Notes: generated by a model from the letters alone, not told the origin. 64,000 nt of DNA from Perkinsus olseni (GCA_013115125.1 JABANN010000107.1:1-64000), one strand, 5' to 3'; shown: positions 1-11,903, numbered from the stretch's first letter. Program-made: numbers and translations.

Positions 1-1235
1 TGAGTGATCCGCTGGTGCGCTCTTCTGCCCATGGTTCGAGATGTTGCCGACGGACACTAGGAAGAAGCTTTACGGGCGCCCTAAATTTGTCACGGATGTC
101 ACAAATATCCTGCGGTTGTCAATGAATTAATCAGTGATGTCACAAATCGCTTTCAAAGTTTTAAGAGGGTGTAAGCAAGGGCATGTTACTAAAAGTTAGT
201 AACTAACTGACTTTCAGCACAAGTGAAACTGTATTGCTGAGTCCAATCTCAACTGCAGGTTAAAACTAATTCGTAGGACAAATAAAGAAACGAAGGACTG
301 CGGGTGAGAGCTGAGGAAAGGGCAACTTGAAACCCCACCCGAAACCCGACAGGACAACCAGAAACCCGAACTGTTATCCAAGGACAAGCTGCTCCCAAGG
401 GAAGCAGAAACCCGAGCTGTTAGGTGGGTGAAGGCGGGAGAACAAATTTGGGGCAGGAGGTACAAAAAAGAGGCACGGACTAAAAAAGTTTTGACATCGT
501 GAACTTTTCCCTCTGCGAAGGCGCGTGCAATCACGGTAGATGTTAATAACAAAGTTGCATCGTTATTCTTGTGCTCGGAGCTACCCGGGGTGGAGTACAA
601 GAATGATTGCTGCCTGAGCTGGCATGAGGGTAATTACCTTTCCCTCTATGCTCAGCATTTACCCACCTAATCCTTGGGGACCAGCATCCTAATTTCGAAG
701 TCGCGGAATCAGCCTTGTGCTCGGAGTTATCCAGGAGTTGAGTGAACTTCACTCCACCCCATCCATTTTTTTCGAGTGCTGGAGATGATGCTGGTCGACG
801 ACCAGTGGTCGTGGCACATCGGGCGAGGCTTGTGCGATGGTCGTAGGCACAGCCCTCGGATGTGTAAGCGGATCCTGCCAGGAGGAAAGGAAGCCTTTCT
901 AGTTGAATGTACCCCTGAGGGGAGCTTATTGATTGATAATCTGTCTGATTGCACTGCATATCAACGCTACAGAGCGTCTCCAACTGTGCACATCGGCAAG
1001 AGTCTAACTAAGCCGGAACCGGCGTTGGACTATAAACTCACACACACCCCATCCAGTATTCAAAGTGACAACACTCTCAACCCGCGCTCGCAGAATCACA
1101 GTACTTCTCAAACAACTAGTTGGGGAGGCTTCAGCCAGCCGTTTCATCTCAGCACAACGAAACTGCTAGGCGGGACCCGCTCAGCGCATCACGAGCGCAG
1201 TAGTAGGGAGCATCAGCTCTACCGTAGTACTAGTG

Positions 1236-1355
1236 ACTAGTCACAGGACCACTAGTGGTAGTAGTACTAGTTACGGGACCACTAGTGGTAGTAGTACTAG
1301 TCACAGGACCACTGGTGGTAGTAGTACTAGTCACGGGACCACTAGTGGTAGTAGT
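1236..1355. repeat. 30-bp minisatellite, 4 tandem units (ACTAGTCACAGGACCACTAGTGGTAGTAGT consensus)
   Basis: Four consecutive units at 1236, 1266, 1296 and 1326 differ by 1-2 substitutions. Three units carry the internal palindrome ACCACTAGTGGT; the 1296 unit has one mismatch. Confidence 0.95.
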
Positions 1356-2218
1356 ATGAGGGTGGTTGACTTTTTCTCTATGCGCGCCCCCGAGTTCGCC
1401 GTATCCAGAGTACCATCGTTCTCAGTTGAAGCCTCAATGCCTGTTAGTACATCATCGGCCTCAAACCGCCTTGGAATATTCGATTCGAACACACCCACTG
1501 ATGAGGGAACGACACTCTGTGCTATTCTAAGGGTTCTACGACCATGGGAGGCTTCGTCACCGAGCGGCGCGATGCTGCCTTCTCACTTGACGGGCGCTGG
1601 GTTGGTGATACCTTGGGCGACGTCATTGGCGCAGTTATTGTGACGAGCATGATTGAGGTTCAGAGTTGAATAGCTTATTGCATTTCTAACGGTGTTGGAA
1701 TGGCTATGATCGGATGTGATCGGGACCGAGTAGCGTATTATCCATCATCTGGGAATAGTCCAGTCATCGCCTCTGGCTTGGTACTCATGTGCGGAGCCTC
1801 GAGATTATACCGGTAGACCGACAGGTTGGGTCGATATCTATTACGAATCGGGATCGCAGCGCATCGACACGCCGTCAGGAAGAAGTTGGAGCGAGCAGGG
1901 GTTGATATCACCGCCATCGATCCCGGCTCGAACGTCAGCGATTTCTAGAGGCCTCAAATTCTGAATGGCCGAACTTGCTCAGACCACCTCGTCCCACACG
2001 ATAAGGTGCCCGAAAACGAGATGATAGGCTAGGTTGTCGTCCAGAACACGTAGTCCAGCATGCATGAGTGAGATTACACATCCAAAGAATGACAGTCTGA
2101 CCGAGTCTGTCGATAAATTTCCAACCTCTATCCTCACCTTACTGCCAATTCAGCACGTTATTTGCAAACAGCATCAACATCATGCCACATTCCCATGATA
2201 CAACTGAGTCTGGCCTCA

Positions 2219-3091
2219 CTAGAAATGATTGTAGTTTTCTGCGCGAACCGTCTGACCCCTTCTCTTCACGCGTCGCATCATTCTACGCAATCCGCCCCAG
2301 AGTTTGCCCGAGCCCTCCCCGTGGCTCACACCCTCATTGATATCTTCGTAGTCCGACTCATCATGATCCCAGGACCCTAGATTTCTCCTTGTGATTGCAT
2401 CATACTGCAGAGGTAGCGCTCTCGACTCTGGTTCCAAGATGAGGGTACCATCCCTGCTTGTGTATTGTTTCCCGACCGTCACCGAAATAACGTGACCGAC
2501 TCCAAAATACGAAACTTCGCCCCCCTTTGTGACCGCGGGACCGGATGCCGTCAAGCGCTTGATTCTGCCGCCTTTCACGTCGGCCTCGAGTCTTATCGAA
2601 GAGTCCTTATCTCCCGAGTATGTGCCATCCTCAATCTCGGACGGATCAGAAGTGTTCAGAACTCGGAAACCCACAGTGTTGCAGATCTCGTTCAACTCAC
2701 GCAGTACATTCGGCATGTGCGGGTCGATAGACGAGAAGCACTCCCGAGTTGGGTTCTCGGTCTGCGCCGCTGCCACGTACGTCCCCTGTCTGTTAGTATC
2801 CTTATCAATTCTGTACACCCAGACGATGCTGATTGGGATGTCCTTGGATTCGGTAGTCAGCTGCTTCACAGGTCTGCATTGAAACCCATTGGTCATCGTG
2901 GGCCCGGGAGTGCTCACATCGTAGATCTTATTCATTCTCACCGGCTCGATATAGTAACGGTTATCGTTGGCGACGGGTGAGCCGAAGAGCCATTGCACAG
3001 GTCGAGCTTCTGGTAGGGATTGGCTACTGTGAGATGGGCCGATCGTCAGGTAGATGAGGACTATGCTGAGGTAGCCCATGGTCGTCGTCAT
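2219..3091 (-). CDS. Intronless putative secreted protein of unknown function (~290 aa)
   Basis: Part of the 391-aa ORF. The internal ATG gives MTTTMGYLSIVLIYLTIGPSHSSQS, a signal-peptide-like start, then a globular region and an acidic-then-basic C-terminus. No family recognised. Confidence 0.65.
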   Translation of the reverse strand: MTTTMGYLSIVLIYLTIGPSHSSQSLPEARPVQWLFGSPVANDNRYYIEPVRMNKIYDVSTPGPTMTNGFQCRPVKQLTTESKDIPISIVWVYRIDKDTNRQGTYVAAAQTENPTRECFSSIDPHMPNVLRELNEICNTVGFRVLNTSDPSEIEDGTYSGDKDSSIRLEADVKGGRIKRLTASGPAVTKGGEVSYFGVGHVISVTVGKQYTSRDGTLILEPESRALPLQYDAITRRNLGSWDHDESDYEDINEGVSHGEGSGKLWGGLRRMMRRVKRRGQTVRAENYNHF

Positions 3092-3941
3092 GTATAACGA
3101 GAACTGAAGGGTGGGAGGGCGAAGGGCTGTGCAATCGGTGAGATTCCAGGAGGGGAGGAAGCGGGGATTCATGGAATTCGGAACTCGCTCGACACAGAAG
3201 GCGAGCGAGGATGGGTACTTAACTTTCCTGCCAGGCAACCTCAATCCGTAGCCCAGGAATTTCAAGGTAGCGAGAGTGAAATCTCGGAGGATCAAGGAGT
3301 CGATGCGCACGAAATGGAATTTCAATGATGCAGAGGTTGGGAGTGTGAACAGCATGTGGTAGGGCCCTAACTGTGGAGTCCTCTGCTGCAGCAAGATCTC
3401 TGGTCATTTCCTCGATCGCATTGTCGGAGCCGCACCAAACTATGTTTGGTGCCTACCAGTGGCACTGAGAGTAGTGGTAGGCTCCTACCACTACTGTTCA
3501 GCAGTTGAAGTTCTACCAGTACTAGGTACCAGTACTGTTCAGCAAGGTAAGAGAGACTGCCTGACTCTGGGTCCACAACAGGCCAAGACAGCGGTCTCTG
3601 CTGCCTCCACATCCAGAGAACGGAAGGCTGGGTTTAGCATACTTCCGCACTACCCCCACTACTCCTCTTTAATTCCTTATGGTTGCAGTTCAGTAACACT
3701 GGCGCTATTGAAGCATCTCGTGGCGCGCTCCGTGCGCACGCACCTCCTCTGCTTACAAGTTGTCAACGGTGTGTACTGAGTCACGACGGATCCGATGCAA
3801 CTCGGCAGGGACGAGCAATGGACTCCCTATGGGTCATGGGCTGTGGCTGTCGGCCATTGGGCGGAACGCTTCCCTTCCAATGGGTGCTTTATAATGGGCT
3901 GTTGGGTCGACAAATAGAAAAACTTCTATCGCAAGTTGCGA

Positions 3942-3994
3942 GTGTCACATGGCAGATTGAACATGTTGCGCATGTTCAATCTGCCATGTGACAC
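3942..3994. repeat. Perfect 24-bp inverted repeat with 5-nt loop
   Basis: GTGTCACATGGCAGATTGAACATG-TTGCG-CATGTTCAATCTGCCATGTGACAC, read directly. Confidence 0.95.
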
Positions 3995-4054
3995 AAGACG
4001 ATGAATCAAGTGGCGATACTCCGAAGCAGGAAAATTTTTAGTAATTATACACTA

Positions 4055-5864
4055 ATGGCAGCATCCAGCCTTCTGGCGGTGTACAAGACCTTCACGGGTG
4101 GGCGGGAGAGTATCTTGGGTTGAACAACGCAGGATACAGAGTATGTCAAGAAGATATCAGCTGCCTAATTTAGGTGGAGATACATTGATGGACGGTCGGC
4201 AGTTTGCCAAATTCTGTAGGAGCTGCCAGCTCATCGATGACCAAGCCCTCACCTTGAACGATATTGATATCGTTTTCGCTAAAGTAGGCCCCGGCTCATC
4301 ACTCTGCAGATTCTGGTGGCCGCCAATAGTGTAGTAGGTTCGGTTCCGAGGAGAGCGAAAAATTGAATTTGGGCAGCTGATTGAAGCCTTAGCTGAGGTG
4401 AGGGTCGGAAGGTGTGGCAGGGAGCAGCGGTTTTTTACTTATTGCTCATCCATCGCGGATTCCATATCAGATAGCAGATCGTCTCCACCAACCGGTATCA
4501 TGGGTTGAAGAAAGAGTCCTGCACTTCAATGAACAAGTTACTCAGGGGAGAGCCGCCACAGCAGCAACGTCCCGACCCTTTACTAGTGAGCTTCCCTCTG
4601 CGGCATCTACTGCGGATTATTTCTCTCCGCCCAGTGGCGCTCTTCAGAATTGCGCACCCATGGGTCGCCTTCGGTCGCCGAGGCGTTGCCTTTCGCTAAG
4701 TCCATGCCCGATGCTAGCTCAGTTGAGAAGGTGAGATTGCTGGCTAGTGGTATGATCCTCGGCGAATATCGTCAAACTCCTTGATGCCCGGTGGGTGCCT
4801 CTCTGCCACCACTGGCTTCTTCTCAGCACGAGCGAGGCCCTGAGAGATTCTTCTACGACCAGTCCACGTACACCGGAGTAGACATCTCTCCGACTTGCTG
4901 CTTCGACCCTCCAAGCTCAGGTGTGGCGACATGGCGGACCCAAGACCTACGATGGGGACCATCTGAGTCTCAAGACGATGGTCAAGGTGGAAGCGATGCT
5001 GCCGGCTGTTCAGTCATCGTCGACCTCAGAATCGGACGGCCGCGCCGCCTCCTCGTCCGAGGGCTATGAGTGCCTATGGTTCCACGACTGGGACTATGGT
5101 ATATTCTGGGGCCGACCGAATCGTGACTCGGAGCCGTCCTGGTAGCGCCTTTAGCACCCCTCGTGGAGGTACCAATGGGAGCAGGCTCTCTGATGAAGGG
5201 CGAGAGAACCGGAAAATTTTTCTGGTGAGGGAAGCAACGATAATGCCAGTCACTTATCACGGTTGTCTTTGTGTAGACTCCGAACACCGCGTGGAGTAAA
5301 AGCACCGATGCCAGCACAGGAGCTTCGGATTGCCGGGTAGGTCATGAGAAGCTATTCGCAGGAAAAGCTGCCTTCCTAGGTACGCGGCCCGGAAAGGTTC
5401 TACTATGATACGTCTACCTACACTGGAGTAAGTTCTTCGGCAAAGCCATCAGTTTTTGAGGAGGCAGTTTTTTATAAACGAAAACTATCGGAGCTGCGCA
5501 GGTCCATAAGGTTGGTGGTCCCGAAGTCGTTGATGACCGTACCAAGGAGCTGAAAAACTTGGTCAAAGTGAGAATCCAATAGTGCGCCGGGCTCCGGTGC
5601 TTAGGGCGGCACTCGATGTCATCATTCAGCGGCGGACGACCACTGTCGCGGTAGCCGGAAGCGAGGAAGATGGCGAGAATGGTGCGCAGACGAGCGCCCG
5701 AAGCAGTCGCCGGAAAACCACCCCTGCAACCGAAGTAGGGCAGTTGTTGACTTGCTCACGAGCGCTCTATTACCTACACTGCGTGGCAGGCAGTCGGCCC
5801 TGAGCGATTCTTCCATGATCGTGGGACATACACTAGGATACATCTCGAGAAGGCCGCCCAATAG
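4055..5864 (+). CDS. p25alpha/TPPP-domain tubulin-binding protein with three extra partial-p25 motifs (multi-exon)
   Basis: Spliced N-terminus MAASSLLAVYKTFTGGDTLMDGRQFAKFCRSCQLIDDQALTLNDIDIVFAKVRFRGERKIEFGQLIEALAE matches the p25alpha core. Later exons read GPERFFYDQSTYTG..HGGP, GPERFYYDTSTYTG-VHKVGGP and GPERFFHDRGTYTRIH. Confidence 0.8.
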
Positions 5865-6032
5865 ATTCTCTCTGATCTGCATGCTACTCTCAGTCGCGAT
5901 CAGGATATATATAATAGTGCTCTGGTGCATGCCCAGGTGGAACACCAAATGGTTTGTCAGAGGAGCATACGTGTTGAGTGACTCAGTGAGTTACGCAGCT
6001 TCTACAGTTCTCGAGTTTGGTCTCTCAACCTC

Positions 6033-6909
6033 ATGAGTAGCCTGCAGTCTACACCAGTGTTCAACTCATCATTCGCTCTGCGTTCTGGTCCGTCGCCCTT
6101 CCAGCCCGAAACTGCGGCCTTGGCTGCCGCGGAGAGGGTGAGTTGAAACTTCTGGACATTCCTCACTGAACCCCCATCCCTCGGATGGGTCAAGTCTGTT
6201 GTAGGTCCTCAGCGCGGTCGCCCGCGGTGATATCGAGACGGTAGAGGAGGAAGTTAGCAATGAGGTGAGGGGATTCAGACGCTGAAATTCAGTGCAGGCT
6301 AATTTGATTAGAAGAGACCGCGATGTTCTGAGTTATTGCTAGGCCTCGCTGGGAGGTGTTCGTGGGGTATATAACTCCCGAGGGCAATCCTGCATGCATG
6401 TAGCAGCCGCCTATGGCAGTACAGAGATGATCGAATGGCTGTCCGACTCTGGATGCAAGTGAGCAACTCGCCTGGATCCGTCCTTCGTTGATGCTTTGTA
6501 TGCCGCTCCGTTAACATCCTTCAGTCCCTCGGAGGCTCTGGCGCAAGTAGGACTTACTCCTCTACACATAGCAGTGCTCAATGGGAGGCCTGATACTGTC
6601 AGAGTGAGGATCCAGAATTTATTGCAATATAGCAGCTCCTAGTTTCGATCTAGGGACCTTTGGGTTATGAGCCCAACACGCTATCCACTGCGCCAAGCTG
6701 CTTGATGATTTGCATAAGTTCACAATTGCTTTCAGGCGTTAATAAAGGCTGGTGCAAACATTAACGCGAAGGATTCTTCTGGAATGACTCCTCTCTCGTG
6801 CGCAGCTCTACTGACGGAGTCGAATGTGACAGAGATTGAGACGGCTAGAGCTACATGCACGAAGATACTCCTGGCAAATGGTGCTCAGACAATTCGGTCG
6901 ATTTCGTAG
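6033..6909 (+). CDS. Ankyrin-repeat protein (multi-exon)
   Basis: Exons encode RGQSCMHVAAAYGSTEMIEWL, VGLTPLHIAVLNGRPDTVR and ALIKAGANINAKDSSGMTPLSCAALL...KILLANGA, which fit the ankyrin consensus. Confidence 0.85.
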
Positions 6910-7199
6910 TCTGGTTTCAGTTTCGTCTTGAGTTCATGAGTTATCTCTATTCACCAACAAACCACTTCCGAAAATCGGTTGCAGAGAGCTATGTAGCAGG
7001 AGCATTGACGCACTACCTGGCGAGCTTGTTTGATTCCAACTTCGAGGCCTTGAGACTATGGGGACGTGTGTCTCGCCACGTGTGATCTACCTAGATATAC
7101 GTTCTACCCGCATCCGTGCCACGGTAGCAGTAAGACGGAATATATGGTCGAGGATAAGTAAGCAAGCGCACAACTCCACCACCATGGTCTCGAGGAGCG

Positions 7200-7600
7200 A
7201 TTGGGTTATCCTAAAACACCCCACTGGGAACCTCCCAGACTGGGAATCCCAGCCTCTAGGAACCTGCCAATCGCACATAACGCGCCCCAACCCCGATCGG
7301 CGATAACATTTGGGAAGTATCAGTTGGCCTTAAGGCTTTTGAAGAAAGCTGGTGACCTTCCAGTAGAGGGCTCGCGCCCGAAGGTTTGGGCAGTTAACTG
7401 GCAGGCGGTTAACTGGTGCACAACTCTGCGACCAATCGCCTTGGCGCCCTGTTTTCTTCGCATGACGGAGAACATACCCAATCAGAGACTCCCACCGTTT
7501 CAAGGGAGAAAGTAGCGTACAATTGTACGGCAGCGGCGTACCGAGGATGCTTCAGCGTGGGTACGGAAAATAACCGACAACGACCTTACAAGCCGATTGC
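7200..7600 (+). mobile_element. Degenerate non-LTR retrotransposon reverse-transcriptase fragment
   Basis: Translation ...LLKKAGD...TTLRPIALAPCFLRMTE resembles the LINE RT motif (RPI[SA]L....K..E). The surrounding frames are broken. Confidence 0.45.
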
Positions 7601-7912
7601 ACCTCGTGCACGATCCCTGGGTGCTCGAGATCGAGCCATCTATTGAGTAACCGCTATTCTATTAAGACTAACATGATGGCTGGCTGCAACGCGACACAGA
7701 CGTGATAATCAAACTGGGCAGTCATGCTTACCATCTCAGAACCCATTAGCTATGACTGAACACAACTTGCGAGTAACTTTCAAAGTGTATGTATGTATAA
7801 CATTGTTCAACAACTTGCCATTGAACGGAATTCCCGCATGGATGGTCTTCATGAATGCATGTGGTACCAAGGCATCAACAGACGCCACTTGGAAAATCGG
7901 GTAGCTCATAAG

Positions 7913-8506
7913 CTAGCCCTGGACTTGAAGGTACGGATGCTGCTTTCGGAGACTGGAACCAGCTTTCAGGCCAGAAGCAACAGCTCCGGCCGTTGGCTCG
8001 TAGTCGTACTCGTCATCACTTTCGTTGTCAGGTAGTCTGCTGACAGCGAAGTGCCTCAGGTTCTCGTGCAAAGCCTTGTGGAGCGAGGGAGGCTTGATAG
8101 AAGGCACTGCCGGGATAGAAGGCGTCGGCGGGAAGGTAATCTTGGGTACCGTGACTGACGGTAGCGTGATGGTCGGCATGGTGATTGTGCTAGTAGTACT
8201 CGATGTGGTAGTAGACGCCCTAGTAGTAGTGGATGTCGTAGAAGCGGTGGTGGTTGTCGTAGAGGCGGTGGTGGTACTGGTAGTGGTAGAAGGTGCCTTT
8301 GTGGTCGTCGGAGAAGGGCGAGCCGTAGTGGTACTGCTAGGGCTGACTGTCGTACTAGTCGTAGTAGCGGGAGTAGCGGGACGAGCCGTCGTGGTAGTCG
8401 TAACACTAGCCGGGCGGGCCGTTGTGGTGGGAGTCTTGCTGTTAGATCCACACCCCTGCAGGGCAATGGCAGCTAGGGCGCACGTGAAAGCAGCAGCGTA
8501 ATGCAT
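7913..8506 (-). CDS. Secreted Thr/Ser/Pro-rich mucin-like protein
   Basis: 197-aa ORF: hydrophobic signal ending in LQGC, then ~90 aa of Thr-rich low-complexity sequence, a Pro-rich spacer and an acidic patch (DNESDDEYDYE). Confidence 0.8.
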   Translation of the reverse strand: MHYAAAFTCALAAIALQGCGSNSKTPTTTARPASVTTTTTARPATPATTTSTTVSPSSTTTARPSPTTTKAPSTTTSTTTASTTTTTASTTSTTTRASTTTSSTTSTITMPTITLPSVTVPKITFPPTPSIPAVPSIKPPSLHKALHENLRHFAVSRLPDNESDDEYDYEPTAGAVASGLKAGSSLRKQHPYLQVQG

Positions 8507-9182
8507 GAGACGAAATGGAAAGATTAAAGAGGCCTACATCACAGGGGAGTAAGCAAATCTCGGGGTAAAGAGCTCCTGGCGATCGTCGAAGGTCCGTTCA
8601 TTTTAGGGCGAAAGCGAAATGATTTTGGGTGAACGCGAAGTAATTTCGGGCGCCGTCGAGATTTTTCATGGCGAGCGAGGACGCGGCCGTGGCGCGGGCA
8701 GGGTGACTGAACCTGGAAAAGAAAGTGAGCATCCGAACACGCCGAGTGTCGTGCTTGTAGTGTTTTAGGAGAGGCACCTCCTGAATAGAATGTATACAGC
8801 CAGTTGTATTACTTTCGACGACGAGGCATATCGGATGAGGGATCCCCTCAGACGTCGTGCCAGAGAACATCACCTTTACAATCGATGGCCATCTTTTGCC
8901 TGGACGCTCCGAAGTACTTTGGAAATCACCGCTGAATAATATTTCTCGCCGGTCTCCTCTCACGGCCCTTCTGCCGCGACCCCCGCCACCACGGATGACG
9001 TTGTGCACACTAGAGCCATCTCTGAGGAGTTCTGCTCAGCTCTAGGTTGACACATGTCCCCTGTGAAAAGTAAGATACGCCTTTCAGGAATGGCCACCGT
9101 GTCGTGATGATTATGATAGCGAACAGCCGCGTGAAGGAGCTATCCTCGTGAAAAATTCGCAGTTTTTCTTTCAACATCACCC

Positions 9183-10068
9183 ATGTCGGTCAAAAGTCGA
9201 ATCTCAATTGTCGTAGCGGATATAACCAAGCTGGAAGGCGTCCAGGCAATCGTCAATGCTGGTACTACAGAGGCGTCTGGCGACTCTAGGCCAGTTCCGA
9301 TCGCATTCTCTTCAGCCAACTCGTCCCTTCTGGGAGGCGGTGGCGTTGATGGTGCCATCCATCGGGCCGCCGGTCCCGAGCTCAATCGCTATTGTGAGCG
9401 TGAGTTCCAAGGCCCCAAGAGATGCCCAACAGGAGAGAGTAGAATCACTCCCGCCTTCAACCTGAAGCACTGCGAACAGTAGGAGATCTAGTGCCTGGTA
9501 GTAGTAGTAGTAGCAGTCCGTCGATTTCTCGCTCTGCTCAGTGTCATCCATACCGTTGGACCGGTGTGGCATGGCGGTAGCAGGAGGGAGCCGGAGTTGC
9601 TCAAGAGCTGCTATCAGACTTCACTGCAGCTTGCCACTGAGAATGATGTAGAGATGAGTCTGGGAAAGGCCCCTTGAGCGCTTTGCGATGTTCCGTGGAA
9701 TGAGATCTCCTGCCGGCCCGTCTCAGCCAGCCAAATCGGGTTTTTTCGGAAAACAGTCCTTCCAGTTCGTCTGGTGCATGAATTACCTTCCCGGTGTTTA
9801 GTTCTTGGTCTCAGATTGATTCGATAGCCTTCCCAGGCATATCAACCGGCATCTATGGCTATCCGTTGGACGCGGCATCAAAAGAAGCGGGTATCTTAGC
9901 TTGACGCGTGCATGATTCACGTCTTAGTCACTCTGGCTTCTCTGCTCAGTCGGCACCGTCGTAGATTATCTCAAGTCCTATCCAAAACCGTCAAAGGTCG
10001 TCTTCTGCGCCTTCGCCGAAGAGAACGCCGAGAGCCTGAAGAAGGCCCTCGATGCAATTGCTGACTGA
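9183..10068 (+). CDS. Macrodomain protein, MacroD/YmdB-type ADP-ribose hydrolase (5 exons)
   Basis: [74 protein letters not shown]: all hallmark MacroD motifs. Confidence 0.93.
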
Positions 10069-10580
10069 AGTGTACTGAGTTTTTCTGCACTCCCGCCCTT
10101 TTGCGTTCGCAGTTGATCATCTTCTATCGCGACAGGTCCTTGCATCCGTTGCTCCTGCAGATACGAATTCGAGTAGTTAAGTATTTTCTCTATCAGTCTG
10201 TTGATGAGAGCTCCTGATCGCCTGCCCTCACGCGGGGATCCTGCGTGTCACTTCGTTCCCGGTAGGATCGTGACGATGCGTCCGCGGTGGAGGTACTGCA
10301 ATAGTCGCTGAGGTGAATCGGTGTATAAAGTATGCCATCAAATCTTCCCTTTGAACGTGCTTATTCTAAACGAAGTTGATGCGAGCTGTATCGATGGAGC
10401 TCGTCGTTTCGCTAGATGGTCGGCAACGGTAGCGATTTGACTAATATGGTCCGTTGATCGAAGGTATGCATCCCCGCTCGCCGTGGATGTCCAGCCTGAG
10501 TGTTTCCAACCCTCACAGTTTTTGTTCGGGTATATCCTCAGTTGGATGAAGTTCCTGCCTGCGCAGGTATTTCACGTTGA

Positions 10581-11903
10581 ATGACTGAACTCAGATCGAC
10601 AGGCGACGTCTATAAGGACCCTACTGGTAGCACTGCTAGTGAGGCCCCCATCAACAGCAAGGATCAAATATCTTTCAGCGTCGAGAGAGAACGTCGTGGT
10701 ACGGTTCTCTCAGGATGGTCTGTCATGGCCAACTCCATGATCGGCACAGGTGTACTCGGTCTCGCTTCGGCTTTCGCCAGCGCCGGGTGGGTCCTGGGAT
10801 TCTCCCTCATGTTCATGGCTGGCTTCCTCGCCATTTTCAGCTTACACCTTCTGAACATATTAGCCATGAAGTTTCCGGATCGCGACGTGAGTTACTACAC
10901 CGTGGCCGAAGCTTATGCTCCCTGGTCGAGGTGGATTGTCGATATCACTATCGTTGTCAAGTGCTTCGGTGTGGCAGTCTCCTATCTGCAGGTGGCCGGG
11001 GACGTCTTGTCCTCTCTCATCGTCCACTGGACCTCTACCTCCGTCAGCCCCTTCCTCGTAAGGGCCCTAGTTATCGTTGGCTCTGGGCTACTCATGGCTC
11101 CAGTCTGCATGGCGAAGAGTGTTAAGAACACATTCATCACTAATGTGCTCGCTGTTGTGACCATTGGCTACTGCGTTATCCTAGGCATCATCTATGCAGA
11201 CCCGAGTGCCGGTGATGACAGTGCCGGTATCCCCGAAGGCTCGTCCGTAGCCTCAGTATTGGCCAAGCTGCCGATCTTCATCTTCGCCTTCACCTGTCAC
11301 CAGAACATGTTTCTCACCGCGAACGATCTCAGGCATCGGACTCGGAAGCACCTGGATATTATCATTGTGGCTGCGGAGTCCACGGCCATGTTGCTATACA
11401 TCCCGGCCGTCATTTTTCCTTATCTCACTTACGGCTCATCCGCCCGGGCCAACTTTATGCTCAACATCGACCTCGGTTATGTACCAGTACAGATTGGTTA
11501 CGTTGCGCTTGCCATTGGCGTATTATGCTCTTACACCCTTCAAGTCGTTCCCACCATCAGGTCGTTGATTGTTCTGGTAACTCGTGATAAGGAAGATAAA
11601 CTATCAGCAATAAAAAGGCGCATTCTCTTCTATTCAGTCGCCGCACTGTGTCAGCTGGCGCCTGTTGCAACCGCTGTAGCGGTGAGGTCATTGGGTGTTA
11701 CATTTTCTTTTGTTGGCATCATTGGTTCGAACACGATATCCTACATCATGCCGTCCTTTTTGTTCTGTACAATGTATCGTAAAACTAAGCTCCGTAAGGA
11801 TGCCAAGTATGTCATGTCTTCGCTACTACTGCTACTATCCCTAGTCCTTGTCCCCGTTTGCATCGGTTCGCTCATTCAGCAGATCATTACGGGGCAGATC
11901 TGA
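10581..11903 (+). CDS. Amino-acid transporter, Aa_trans/AAAP (SLC38/Avt-like) family, intronless
   Basis: 440-aa ORF with ~11 hydrophobic segments and motifs NSMIGTGVLGL and PIFIFAFTCHQN. Confidence 0.92.
   Translation: MTELRSTGDVYKDPTGSTASEAPINSKDQISFSVERERRGTVLSGWSVMANSMIGTGVLGLASAFASAGWVLGFSLMFMAGFLAIFSLHLLNILAMKFPDRDVSYYTVAEAYAPWSRWIVDITIVVKCFGVAVSYLQVAGDVLSSLIVHWTSTSVSPFLVRALVIVGSGLLMAPVCMAKSVKNTFITNVLAVVTIGYCVILGIIYADPSAGDDSAGIPEGSSVASVLAKLPIFIFAFTCHQNMFLTANDLRHRTRKHLDIIIVAAESTAMLLYIPAVIFPYLTYGSSARANFMLNIDLGYVPVQIGYVALAIGVLCSYTLQVVPTIRSLIVLVTRDKEDKLSAIKRRILFYSVAALCQLAPVATAVAVRSLGVTFSFVGIIGSNTISYIMPSFLFCTMYRKTKLRKDAKYVMSSLLLLLSLVLVPVCIGSLIQQIITGQI

Noticed and set aside
1236-1355. 30-bp repeats as a CRISPR array
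   Set aside because: The units are directly adjacent with no unique spacers, and there are no cas genes.
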